DNA of 64,000 nucleotides from a virus: IMG/VR virus record IMGVR_UViG_3300045988_120820, positions 1 to 64,000 of that record; one strand, 5' to 3'. Shown piece by piece: positions 9,457 to 18,222 of this stretch (position 1 is its first letter; each line of letters starts with the position of its first letter). The notes under the pieces were generated by a model. It saw only the letters and a program-made list of their open reading frames with translations, ran no database searches and was not told where the DNA came from. The position numbers and the translations under genes were made by a program.

Positions 9457-9485
9457 TTGTCATTAAGGATATAATATGTTATACT
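9457..9485 (+). promoter_or_regulatory. sigma-A-type promoter
   Basis: TTGTCA 9457-9462, TGTTATACT 9477-9485 (17-nt spacer). Confidence 0.5.
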
Positions 9486-9517
9486 AAGCAAGGCAGACAA
9501 CTAAGGAAGGAGTTAAA

Positions 9518-10390
9518 ATGACTAAGATGTGTGATAAACAAATTAAAATGAATAGAATGGAAAATAAAGTGAATGATTTAATTAATGAAATAGGTGAAAA
9601 AAATATAAATGAAGAAGTGATAAAAGATTTCGCTATAAAAAATCTAAAGACAATTAATAGAAGTAGTTTCTATGACGGTTTTAGAATCTTAAAAGAAGTA
9701 CTAGATACAAAGGGAATTAAATACGATTTAAAAGAAGATGAATTAATGGAAAAATGTTTATATTTTGACGAATCTAAATACTTCACAAAAACTCAAATAT
9801 TAGATATAATTAATTCACTTATAAATGCACAAGACAAATTATTAATATATATGATGTTTAATAAAGTATTAGGTAAGAAATTTAAAGACCTATTAGAAAT
9901 TAAGGTTTCTGACGTAGCTGAAGATTATAGTTATATAAATGTAAATGGAAATAAAATACTATGTGATGATATAATGAAAGAGTTGGTTAAAGATACAATA
10001 GAACAAGAAGTATATGTTAATACAACAAGAAGTAGAAATGTGCTTTATTATGATTTAAACATGCATAGCGAATATTTATTTAAGACATTATGTAATAGAT
10101 ATACTAACAATGGTTTAGAACCAATGAAACGTAGTAATTTAAGTGGAAAGTTAACTGTTTTGACAAAAGAATTACAACATGGAGGATTAAATGTTACCTT
10201 AACGGCTACAGGAATATACCAATCAGGCATCATGTATGACATGTTTGTATTACAAGTATTAGATAATATTATATGGACAATACCAAATGCAAAAAATTAT
10301 CTTGATATAAATGGATATAGAATGAACGCTAATGAATTATCCTTAAAATATCATCGTTTATATTATGGAACAAACTCTTCGAGAAACTAG
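9518..10390 (+). CDS. hypothetical protein
   Basis: Track ORF; SD GGAAGGAG. Confidence 0.65.
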   Translation: MTKMCDKQIKMNRMENKVNDLINEIGEKNINEEVIKDFAIKNLKTINRSSFYDGFRILKEVLDTKGIKYDLKEDELMEKCLYFDESKYFTKTQILDIINSLINAQDKLLIYMMFNKVLGKKFKDLLEIKVSDVAEDYSYINVNGNKILCDDIMKELVKDTIEQEVYVNTTRSRNVLYYDLNMHSEYLFKTLCNRYTNNGLEPMKRSNLSGKLTVLTKELQHGGLNVTLTATGIYQSGIMYDMFVLQVLDNIIWTIPNAKNYLDINGYRMNANELSLKYHRLYYGTNSSRN

Positions 10391-10413
10391 AAAATTTCTA
10401 GTTTCTTTTTTTT
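10383..10413 (+). terminator. intrinsic terminator
   Basis: GAAACTAGAA/TTCTAGTTTC stem followed by T8. Confidence 0.75.
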
Positions 10414-10416
10414 GTT

Positions 10417-10467
10417 TATAGGTAATTTTTATGATAATAATGTTAATACAGTAATATAAGAAAGGAG
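10417..10467 (+). promoter_or_regulatory. phage-specific promoter-like element, copy a
   Basis: TATAGGTAATTTT 10417-10429, 11-nt spacer, TGTTAATAC 10441-10449, AATATAAG 10453-10460, SD. Confidence 0.5.
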
Positions 10468-10554
10468 TTGGTGTAAATTGAATGTGGATAAAAATAATTA
10501 ATAAAGTTAATGAAATATCAATAAAAATAATAAATAAAAAGGAGAATGATGAAT

Positions 10555-11292
10555 ATGTTAGAATTAAAAGAATGTAAAATGAATCACGTGCAATTGTGTG
10601 CTAAAATAAATGAATTAAGAAAAATGGAAGGGAGTAAGAAAGAATTAGCTAAAAGTGATTTACTTAAAAAGATAAGAAAAGAAGTAGAGACTATGAAAAC
10701 TCTTGGTATTTTTAACGAAGGAAATTTTTCCTTGGTTGAGTATAAAGATAAAAAAGGGGAAATGAGACCAACTTATATTATGAATAAAGATGGTATATTA
10801 CAAATATGTGCTTCTGAAAGCGTTTATGTTAGAGCTAAAATGATTGAATATATAAATACGTTAGAAGAGCAAGTTTCTGAAATGGATAGATTGATATTGA
10901 AATCATTAGACCCAAATTTAACTAAAGAAGAAAGAATTGAAATTGAAAGACGAAGAGCCGAACTGTCAAAAGAAAGAGACGAGAAGGCAAATTGGTTTGA
11001 CGATTTTCTTAATTCAAATGGTTGCTATTCGAGTACTCAAGTAGCTAAATTATTTAAATTGTCATCAGCACAAAAACTAAATAAGATATTAAATGAAAAT
11101 AAAATAATATACAAAAAGGGAACGAACTGGTTGCCTTATAGTGACGTAGATAAATCATGGTATAAACTTATTGTAGGAAGTAATAATGAACATAATTATT
11201 CACAATTAAAATTTTCACCTAAAGGTGTGTATGAAATTAGTAAATTATTAGAAATAGAATTTGAAGAAGAGGATTTAAAGAAATTAGCATAA
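10555..11292 (+). CDS. phage regulatory protein, Rha-like N-domain plus KilAC/ANT-like C-domain
   Basis: Start moved to ATG 10555; family-level pattern recognition of both domains. Confidence 0.6.
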   Translation: MLELKECKMNHVQLCAKINELRKMEGSKKELAKSDLLKKIRKEVETMKTLGIFNEGNFSLVEYKDKKGEMRPTYIMNKDGILQICASESVYVRAKMIEYINTLEEQVSEMDRLILKSLDPNLTKEERIEIERRRAELSKERDEKANWFDDFLNSNGCYSSTQVAKLFKLSSAQKLNKILNENKIIYKKGTNWLPYSDVDKSWYKLIVGSNNEHNYSQLKFSPKGVYEISKLLEIEFEEEDLKKLA

Positions 11293-11312
11293 TCTAAAAA
11301 TAATTAATATTA

Positions 11313-11340
11313 AGACTAGATAATTCTAGTCTATTTTTTT
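11313..11340 (+). terminator. intrinsic terminator
   Basis: AGACTAGA-TAAT-TCTAGTCT perfect 8-bp stem followed by ATTTTTTT. Confidence 0.75.
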
Positions 11341-11351
11341 ACTCATTCTTA

Positions 11352-11380
11352 TTGACAAATATATCAATATGTACTATTAT
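11352..11380 (+). promoter_or_regulatory. sigma-A-type promoter
   Basis: TTGACA 11352-11357, TATTAT 11375-11380 (17-nt spacer). Confidence 0.45.
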
Positions 11381-11401
11381 TATATAAAAGGGGTGATAGA
11401 T

Positions 11402-11491
11402 ATGAAATATATAATATGCATAGGTGGTATGATAGAATTGAGTATAATATTTGGATTTCTATTATTTTTATTTGATTTTAGAAATAATTAA
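11402..11491 (+). CDS. small hydrophobic peptide (29 aa)
   Basis: SD GGGGTGA; MKYIICIGGMIELSIIFGFLLFLFDFRNN; stop inside junction motif; below the ORF-track length cutoff. Confidence 0.45.
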   Translation: MKYIICIGGMIELSIIFGFLLFLFDFRNN

Positions 11492-11499
11492 TAAAACAG

Positions 11500-11528
11500 T
11501 TGATAAATTATAATAAATATCATATAAT
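11500..11528 (+). promoter_or_regulatory. sigma-A-type promoter
   Basis: TTGATA 11500-11505, TATAAT 11523-11528 (17-nt spacer). Confidence 0.55.
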
Positions 11529-11567
11529 GTATATATAAGATAAAAACAAGGGGGATAAATGATAAAT

Positions 11568-11870
11568 ATGATAATAGAACCTATGAACTGTGCAGGGGGA
11601 AATGTAATAGAACAAAATAAAGAAAGAATTAGAAGAATAAAAATTAATCAACAAAGAGGTGATATTTCAATAAATAATCTATATAGTAAATATAACTACG
11701 AAGGATTTAAAGCTTTTTTATGTAACAATGTGTTATTTGAAAATATACCAGATTCAGAAGTTATTAGGATATATAATTGTATAAGCAAAGAGCAGTTTAA
11801 AGAATGGTATGAAATAAGAGGAACTAAAGGGGCATATGATTTAATAGCATATTATAAACTTTATAAATAA
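11568..11870 (+). CDS. hypothetical protein
   Basis: Track ORF 11559; start moved to ATG 11568. Confidence 0.6.
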   Translation: MIIEPMNCAGGNVIEQNKERIRRIKINQQRGDISINNLYSKYNYEGFKAFLCNNVLFENIPDSEVIRIYNCISKEQFKEWYEIRGTKGAYDLIAYYKLYK

Positions 11871-11882
11871 TTAATAAATATG

Positions 11883-11912
11883 TTGACAAAATAGTAAAGG
11901 GTATGTTATACT
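11883..11912 (+). promoter_or_regulatory. sigma-A-type promoter
   Basis: TTGACA 11883-11888, TGTTATACT 11904-11912. Confidence 0.55.
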
Positions 11913-11948
11913 TAATACATAATAATAAATAAAAAGGAGTTGGTAAAT

Positions 11949-12305
11949 ATGAAGAAAGTTGATTTATTTGATTCAAGCAAAAATTATATATACAAAGGAG
12001 AATTAGTGACAGTTGTTGATGAATTCACAGGAATAATAGAAGAAAACGATGAAGAGAAAATAATTTTACCATCACAAACTGAATGTTTAGGGAATAAAGT
12101 AGAAGAATTTGAAGTAGGAAAACAATATGTATTTGATAAGAGGTTAATTTCAAAACATTTGGGTGAATGTAGTGGCTGGGAAGAAGAAATAGATAATAAA
12201 CCAGTCAAAGTTGTAAATGAAAAAACTGGTTATTGTTTCAATGATAAAGATGAATTATATATGGTATTTGCTTCGTGGTGTGTTTGTGTTTCAGAAGAAG
12301 ATTAG
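11949..12305 (+). CDS. hypothetical protein
   Basis: Track ORF 11940; start moved to ATG 11949. Confidence 0.6.
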   Translation: MKKVDLFDSSKNYIYKGELVTVVDEFTGIIEENDEEKIILPSQTECLGNKVEEFEVGKQYVFDKRLISKHLGECSGWEEEIDNKPVKVVNEKTGYCFNDKDELYMVFASWCVCVSEED

Positions 12306-12345
12306 AATAATATACAAAAGATAAAATAAAAGGGGGAAATTGATT

Positions 12346-12558
12346 ATGAAATTAGGTGTTATGGATTTATATGAATCATATGAAGTTGTTATAGAAGATA
12401 TATTAGATGGTATAAAATATACAGAAGAAAGAAATTCTAATTTTAACAGTGAATTTTTAGATGAAATTGTTAATTTTTTAGAAACAAGAAAAGATTGTGT
12501 TAACAGATTGAATCAACGTGAGAGATATTATAATAGAATGAGAAATTTAGAAAAATAA
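12346..12558 (+). CDS. hypothetical protein
   Basis: Track ORF 12340; ATG 12346 after GGGGGA. Confidence 0.6.
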   Translation: MKLGVMDLYESYEVVIEDILDGIKYTEERNSNFNSEFLDEIVNFLETRKDCVNRLNQRERYYNRMRNLEK

Positions 12559-12603
12559 TTAATAAAATAATATGTTATTGTATAAAATAAGGGGGAATTG
12601 ATT

Positions 12604-13377
12604 ATGTATAAAATAAAAATAGGATTAAGAAATACAAATAACTTTGGTAGTGAGATGGTAATTGCGAAGTATAGAAATGCATTAGATATTGATATTTATT
12701 TTCCTCAATATAATTGGACTTTTAAAGGAGCAACATATCAATCTTTTAAAAATGGTTTAATTAAATGTCCTTATGAGCCTAAGGTGTTGGGAATTGGTTA
12801 TATTGGTGAAGGAAAATATAAATCAAAAGAAAATGGTAAAAATACTAGAGTATATAAAACTTGGAAAAATATGTTACAAAGATGTTACGATTCAAAATAT
12901 CACGAAGAAAAACCTACTTATATAAATTGCAGTGTCAGTGAAGAATTTCACAATTTTCAAAACTTTGGAGAATGGGATGAATATAATTTCTATCAAATAG
13001 AAGGTCAACAAATGTGTCTTGATAAAGATATATTGGTGAAGCATAATAAACTATATTCACCCGATACCTGTATTTATGTCCCCAAAACGATTAATAGCTT
13101 ATTTGTTAAAAGACAGAATGATAGAGGTAAATCGGCTATAGGTACATTTTGTGATAAAAATGGTAAATATATAGTACATTGTAGTTTAATAAATCCAAAA
13201 AATAGAAAATCTAAAAATGAATATTTGGGAACTTATGATACCCAAGAAAAAGCATTTGAGGTTTATAAATATTATAAAGAAAAGAATATAAAACAAGTAG
13301 CTGATTATTACAAAGATTTAATACCAACAATCTTATACGATGCTTTATACAATTATGAAGTTGAAATTACAGATTAA
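12604..13377 (+). CDS. AP2/HNH-like endonuclease family copy 3
   Basis: Colinear with copies at 7033, 35857, 38920, 43121 and 51974; ends YEVEITD plus junction motif. Confidence 0.7.
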   Translation: MYKIKIGLRNTNNFGSEMVIAKYRNALDIDIYFPQYNWTFKGATYQSFKNGLIKCPYEPKVLGIGYIGEGKYKSKENGKNTRVYKTWKNMLQRCYDSKYHEEKPTYINCSVSEEFHNFQNFGEWDEYNFYQIEGQQMCLDKDILVKHNKLYSPDTCIYVPKTINSLFVKRQNDRGKSAIGTFCDKNGKYIVHCSLINPKNRKSKNEYLGTYDTQEKAFEVYKYYKEKNIKQVADYYKDLIPTILYDALYNYEVEITD

Positions 13378-13451
13378 AAATAATTAATACAGTATTAACG
13401 AATATTATAGAAATCAAAAATATAAAGTAATAAAATGGGAGGTTATATAAT

Positions 13452-14372
13452 ATGAATAAATTAAATAGAAATACATTAGACATAGAAGAATTCAAAAAAG
13501 GAGATATAGTTATCAACTGTAAAACAGAAAAAGAATCAATAGATTTATTTAAATATTTAGATGATGAAGGTATAATTTGGTGCAGTAGAGATAAATTGAC
13601 AAAATATAATATAAGAAATTACGAATTTGGACGTGAAACTTGTTATAGATTTGACGAAACAGGATTAAGTTATTCCTCAATAGGTTTTTATGATAGATAT
13701 TACAAAATATACGAATGGGAAATAATTAATAAAGATATTATGAAAATTTGGAATAAAAATACTATAAACTTAGAAAATTTCGTAAAAAGAGATATAGCAA
13801 TACATTGTGATACGCTAGAAAAAGCTGAAGATTTATTTAATTTTTTACACGAAAAAGGATTAAATTGTGAAAGTGGTAGTGCTTTAATTACACATACAAA
13901 TTATAAAAACTATGAAAAATATATTTGTTATGATTATTACGAAGGAGTAAATTATATTAACATGGACTGGTATGAAAATTATGAGTTTCAAATATATGAA
14001 TGGGAAATATTTGATGAAAAAACAAACATGATATTATTTGATGAAATAGAAAGAACTAAATTTAAAAAGAAAATTTATATATCTCATTCCTATAGTGGAT
14101 TAAAAGAAAATAAAAGAGATATAGAATATAAGGTCAAAAGATTAGTCAAAGAATATCCAAATTACGTATTTATAAGCCCTGTGCATACATTCGATTACTT
14201 ATACGATAGTTATCCTTATGATACGGGCATAGATTTGTGTATAGAGCTTTTAAAGATGTGTGACGAAATGTGGATAATAGATAAAGGTTTTGTTAATAGT
14301 AAAGGTGTTATGGTAGAAAGAGAATGGTGTTTGTGTAATAGAATTCCAGTAAGATTAATAGAAATTGATTAA
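13452..14372 (+). CDS. protein with duplicated N-terminal domain and nucleoside 2-deoxyribosyltransferase-like (DUF4406-like) C-domain
   Basis: Two about 90-aa internal repeats each ending Y(K/Q)IYEWEI; C-terminal KKIYISHSYSG..FISPVH..MCDEMWI pattern. Confidence 0.4.
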   Translation: MNKLNRNTLDIEEFKKGDIVINCKTEKESIDLFKYLDDEGIIWCSRDKLTKYNIRNYEFGRETCYRFDETGLSYSSIGFYDRYYKIYEWEIINKDIMKIWNKNTINLENFVKRDIAIHCDTLEKAEDLFNFLHEKGLNCESGSALITHTNYKNYEKYICYDYYEGVNYINMDWYENYEFQIYEWEIFDEKTNMILFDEIERTKFKKKIYISHSYSGLKENKRDIEYKVKRLVKEYPNYVFISPVHTFDYLYDSYPYDTGIDLCIELLKMCDEMWIIDKGFVNSKGVMVEREWCLCNRIPVRLIEID

Positions 14373-14401
14373 AAATAATTAATAAAATTTACTAGAAGGT
14401 A

Positions 14402-14430
14402 TTGACTTTTGGCAAGTAAATTCATATAAT
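14402..14430 (+). promoter_or_regulatory. sigma-A-type promoter
   Basis: TTGACT 14402-14407, TATAAT 14425-14430 (17-nt spacer). Confidence 0.6.
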
Positions 14431-14465
14431 ATACAATATAAGATATAATAAAGGAGGAAAGAAAA

Positions 14466-15020
14466 ATGGAGGATAAAGCCTATACAGATTTAATGATATC
14501 ATTGACGGAAAGAATATTTAAAAAGAATTACAATTATATGCTAGACTCAAAGGATGATATGATTGGCGATGCTTTCTTGAATCTTTGGAAAGCCAAAGAC
14601 AAATATAATAGCAATAAGGCTAAAATCAATACCTATATGACCAAAATAATTAATAATTCATTTAAGAAATATATCAGAGATAATATTTATCGACATCAAG
14701 ATAAATATATTCATATTGAGCAAGAAAGCGAAGAAGGATATATATTAGGTTTAGAGGATATTATAGGAGCTGTAGATGTCAATTATAATGGCATTGAATT
14801 TAAAGAACTAATGGAGAAGTTTGATAGAAATATAGGAGAAAGAAATAAACACACTTCAAGAAAAATTAACATAGATGAACTACATTATATAATTAATAAA
14901 CTATATGAAGGTTACAATAAATGCGAAATCAGCAAAATGTTATGTGTGAGTAGCACGAATGTTAATAAGAAAGTCAATAGAATAAGAGATATAATTACAG
15001 AAATAAAAAATAATGAATAA
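14466..15020 (+). CDS. ECF-like sigma-70 family factor (phage sigma 1)
   Basis: Region-2-like DDMIGDAFLNLWKAKDKY..TYMTKIINN..IRD; region-4 HTH EGYNKCEISKMLCVSSTNVNKKVNRIRD. Confidence 0.7.
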   Translation: MEDKAYTDLMISLTERIFKKNYNYMLDSKDDMIGDAFLNLWKAKDKYNSNKAKINTYMTKIINNSFKKYIRDNIYRHQDKYIHIEQESEEGYILGLEDIIGAVDVNYNGIEFKELMEKFDRNIGERNKHTSRKINIDELHYIINKLYEGYNKCEISKMLCVSSTNVNKKVNRIRDIITEIKNNE

Positions 15021-15025
15021 AGGAG

Positions 15026-15055
15026 GTGACAAATATCATCATAATATTATACAAT
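15026..15055 (+). promoter_or_regulatory. sigma-A-type promoter
   Basis: GTGACA 15026-15031, TACAAT 15050-15055 (18-nt spacer). Confidence 0.45.
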
Positions 15056-15100
15056 CTATGTATAGATAAAAATAATTAATAAACTAATGGGGGTAAAGTG

Positions 15101-15682
15101 ATGAGTACTATAAACAAAACAATGATAAGTGATACAGAATATGTAAATTTATCTTTAGAATTGGCTGGTAAGATATATAATAAGAATTATAATGGCTTTT
15201 TCAAATATAAAGAAGATATGATTCAGCAAGCTTTATTGCAAGTTTGTGAAGCTATTAATAAATTTGATAAGAATAAAGGGGATATTAAAAAATTTATAGC
15301 TAGTATCATTTACAACTCTTACAAAACATACATTAGATATAATGTTTACAAAGACAAGGATATACTTACATCATTAGATATTAATGTAAATGATGAAGAA
15401 GAAAAAGACACAACTTTAGCAGATACAATAGGGAATATCGACGTAGAATATCAAAATATTGAATGTATAGAACTTTTAAAAGAATTTGATAATGTAATAA
15501 AAATACGTAATATTAATAAATTTAATAAAATTAACACAGAAGAACTACATGTGATTATAAATTTATTAGTAGAAGGTTATAATAAATCAGAAATTGCTAA
15601 AACATTAAATGTAAGCAACGTGACTATCAATAGAAAAATCAAAATAATAAAAAGTATAATAGAAGAAATTAAAAATAATTAA
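15101..15682 (+). CDS. ECF-like sigma-70 family factor (phage sigma 2, paralog)
   Basis: Colinear with 14466-15020; EDMIQQALLQVCEAINKFD..; HTH EGYNKSEIAKTLNVSNVTINRKIK. Confidence 0.7.
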   Translation: MSTINKTMISDTEYVNLSLELAGKIYNKNYNGFFKYKEDMIQQALLQVCEAINKFDKNKGDIKKFIASIIYNSYKTYIRYNVYKDKDILTSLDINVNDEEEKDTTLADTIGNIDVEYQNIECIELLKEFDNVIKIRNINKFNKINTEELHVIINLLVEGYNKSEIAKTLNVSNVTINRKIKIIKSIIEEIKNN

Positions 15683-15691
15683 TAAAATCTA

Positions 15692-15720
15692 TTTACTTTT
15701 ATTTAAAAAAGTTGTATAAT
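15692..15720 (+). promoter_or_regulatory. sigma-A-type promoter (weak -35)
   Basis: TTTACT 15692-15697, TATAAT 15715-15720 (17-nt spacer). Confidence 0.4.
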
Positions 15721-15743
15721 TATAAGTATAGGAGGTAGATATT

Positions 15744-15917
15744 ATGTTTTTTATAGGAGATACTTGTTATTATAAACAGGGAAAAGGAATTAAAAAAGAA
15801 AAGGCAAAGGTAATAGGAGTTGAATTTGATGGTAGCAATTATAAATATATCGTTGAATTAAAAAACAACGAAAAAATTATTGAAGGTGTAAGTATTACAA
15901 AAATGAGTTGCCGTTAA
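15744..15917 (+). CDS. small hypothetical protein (57 aa)
   Basis: SD GGAGG; ATG 15744; TAA just before junction motif; below track cutoff. Confidence 0.5.
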   Translation: MFFIGDTCYYKQGKGIKKEKAKVIGVEFDGSNYKYIVELKNNEKIIEGVSITKMSCR

Positions 15918-15942
15918 AAATAATTAATAAAGGAGTGGTTAT

Positions 15943-16500
15943 ATGAAGAAGTCAGATTTAAAGAATGGTATGATATTTCAAATAAGATATGGAACAAAAT
16001 ATTATATAGTTTTAAATGAAATATATACATTAGACAATTCCGTATCTTATACAGGGTCATTTTATAATATTATGAAATATTATAAAGAGGATTTAAAATA
16101 TGATGGAACTACAAATAATGATATAATGTATGTGTATGATTCTGATGGAAATTTAATTTGGAAAAGAGAAGAAGTAGATTGGAGCAAAATACCAAAGGAT
16201 ACAAAAGTGCTAGTTAGAAATTTAGACGGTGAAGAATGGCGTAAAAGATACTTTGCTGAATATAAAAACGGAAAAGTTTATACTTTTAATAATGGTTGGA
16301 CTTCTTGGACTACATCTAATAAAACATCCTGGGAACATTGTAAATTAGCTGAACTAGAGCAAAAAGAATATACATTTGATGAAGTGGAATGTTTATTTGA
16401 AGAATATTGTGATAAACTTAATAATTGTGATAGATGTAAATATTCCAACAATTGTAGATATGGTTGGAAAAATGATAATTTTAAAATAACTAAAAAATAA
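15943..16500 (+). CDS. hypothetical protein with Cys-rich C-terminus (paralog of 22313-22894)
   Basis: Shared LKNGM..VIW.R.EVDWSKI..DTKVLVRN..W..RYFA.Y..G.VY.F.NG..SW..W..CKLAE. Confidence 0.65.
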   Translation: MKKSDLKNGMIFQIRYGTKYYIVLNEIYTLDNSVSYTGSFYNIMKYYKEDLKYDGTTNNDIMYVYDSDGNLIWKREEVDWSKIPKDTKVLVRNLDGEEWRKRYFAEYKNGKVYTFNNGWTSWTTSNKTSWEHCKLAELEQKEYTFDEVECLFEEYCDKLNNCDRCKYSNNCRYGWKNDNFKITKK

Positions 16501-16523
16501 TTAATAAAAAGGAGAGATGAGAT

Positions 16524-16703
16524 ATGTGTGAAGAAATGTTAGATAAATTAGAAGAAATAAAACAATTAGTTGTAACAACAATATGTGATAGTCAAAGTAT
16601 ATGCAATCATTTTTGTGAGAATTGTGAATTACATAAAGATATAAATGATATAATTGATGAGTTTGAGGATTTCAAGCTACTTATGGAAAAATTGGACATG
16701 TAA
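16524..16703 (+). CDS. small Cys-rich protein (59 aa)
   Basis: SD GGAGAG; CDSQSICNHFCENCELH; below track cutoff. Confidence 0.5.
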   Translation: MCEEMLDKLEEIKQLVVTTICDSQSICNHFCENCELHKDINDIIDEFEDFKLLMEKLDM

Positions 16704-16731
16704 AAATAATTAATAAAGGAGATGGGGAATT

Positions 16732-17223
16732 ATGAATAAAAAAATAAAAACCTTATTATTAGCAGGTGTATTATCAATAAGTATGGTAGGCTGTGGTAAT
16801 ATAGACAAGAGTGATAAAATAAATCAAGAACCTATTCAACAAGATGAGCAAATAGAGGTGGATAATCAAGATACACTGTATAATGCAAGAGATTATGTAG
16901 AAGAAATAATTGAACTTGCTATAGCTGAATCTGGCGCATATGTTGAATATAATGTCAAGGTTGATAATGGATATATATTAGTGACTTTTAACTATACTCA
17001 AGATGAATTTAAATATAGCATAGAACATAATAGAGAATCTTGGAATGAACTGGTTGAACAATATGCTAATGCAAGTAAAAACATAAGTGATAGTGTATCG
17101 TCAGAAGTTGGCGAACCTGTATCTGTAGCTATAATGATAGGTGATATGGAAAAAGACGACTATTATGCAGGTGTGAAAGATGGGTATGTAGTCTATAATG
17201 CAATGAATGAATATAATAATTAA
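16732..17223 (+). CDS. lipoprotein (paralog of 5386-5868)
   Basis: MNKKIKTLLLAGVLSISMVGC lipobox. Confidence 0.7.
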   Translation: MNKKIKTLLLAGVLSISMVGCGNIDKSDKINQEPIQQDEQIEVDNQDTLYNARDYVEEIIELAIAESGAYVEYNVKVDNGYILVTFNYTQDEFKYSIEHNRESWNELVEQYANASKNISDSVSSEVGEPVSVAIMIGDMEKDDYYAGVKDGYVVYNAMNEYNN

Positions 17224-17239
17224 TAAAGGTGGTGATAAC

Positions 17240-18100
17240 TTGGAAGAATTAGAATATCAAAAACAATTAAATTATGATTCAATAGGGAATCAGTTTGATA
17301 AAATTACAGATATAGATGATATTGAATATCAAAGACAATTAGATTATGATTTAATAGGCGAAATGGTTAACGTAGATGATGAAATAAAAGATTTAATAAT
17401 AGATAAAGACACAGTTGTCGTAAGTATACCAAAAGATAGTGTTGTAAAATTTCCAATAAGCACAGACGAAAAGAATATGAAAGACAAAAAATGTGATTAT
17501 AAACTTTTAATAACATTAACATTATTGAGCAGTTATACTTCTGGTGAAAATCACAGGTATATTTACAAAGATGTCATCATTGGGAATAAAGATAAAATTG
17601 AAAATTATAGTGGTAAAAAAGTAAACACAGTTGTTAGGAACGTTAGAAAATTATCTAAATTAAAAGGAAATGCTATAATTGCTAAAGAAGTTAATGGCAA
17701 AATAGTATACATAATCAACTATGCAAATGAAAATGGAAGAAAATATGTAATTGTTGAAGAAGATTTATTAAGATGTTTACTTGATACTGGTAATTCTAAT
17801 TTAATAAAAGTATATATGTTATTAAAATATCGTTGTAATGAAAATACTGAAACAAGAATAACAAGAAAAGATATAGCTGTAAATATAGGTTTAAATGGAG
17901 ATAGTAAAGATAATTTAAAAACAATAAGTAACATAATAGTGGATTTATGTAATAAATATTTAATAGAAGTATCAAGAAAATATGAAAATAAAATGTGTGA
18001 AGATGGAAATTTTAAATTTGCAAAATATCTTTATATTAAACTAAATGACTATGACACATGGAAAATTCGTCACGAAGAAAAAATAAAAGAAAAAAAATAA
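17240..18100 (+). CDS. hypothetical protein
   Basis: Track ORF 17207; start moved to TTG 17240 after GGTGGTGA; the upstream part only reads through the junction motif. Confidence 0.55.
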   Translation: MEELEYQKQLNYDSIGNQFDKITDIDDIEYQRQLDYDLIGEMVNVDDEIKDLIIDKDTVVVSIPKDSVVKFPISTDEKNMKDKKCDYKLLITLTLLSSYTSGENHRYIYKDVIIGNKDKIENYSGKKVNTVVRNVRKLSKLKGNAIIAKEVNGKIVYIINYANENGRKYVIVEEDLLRCLLDTGNSNLIKVYMLLKYRCNENTETRITRKDIAVNIGLNGDSKDNLKTISNIIVDLCNKYLIEVSRKYENKMCEDGNFKFAKYLYIKLNDYDTWKIRHEEKIKEKK

Positions 18101-18222
18101 ATATTTATCTTTTTATCTATTTATAACAGCCCTAGTTTCTTACCTTAGTAGGTGATAAAAAAGGGTTTAGTAGGGGGTAAACTTACCTTCCCATTGATAT
18201 TACTAGGTTTGAGAGGGATGAT

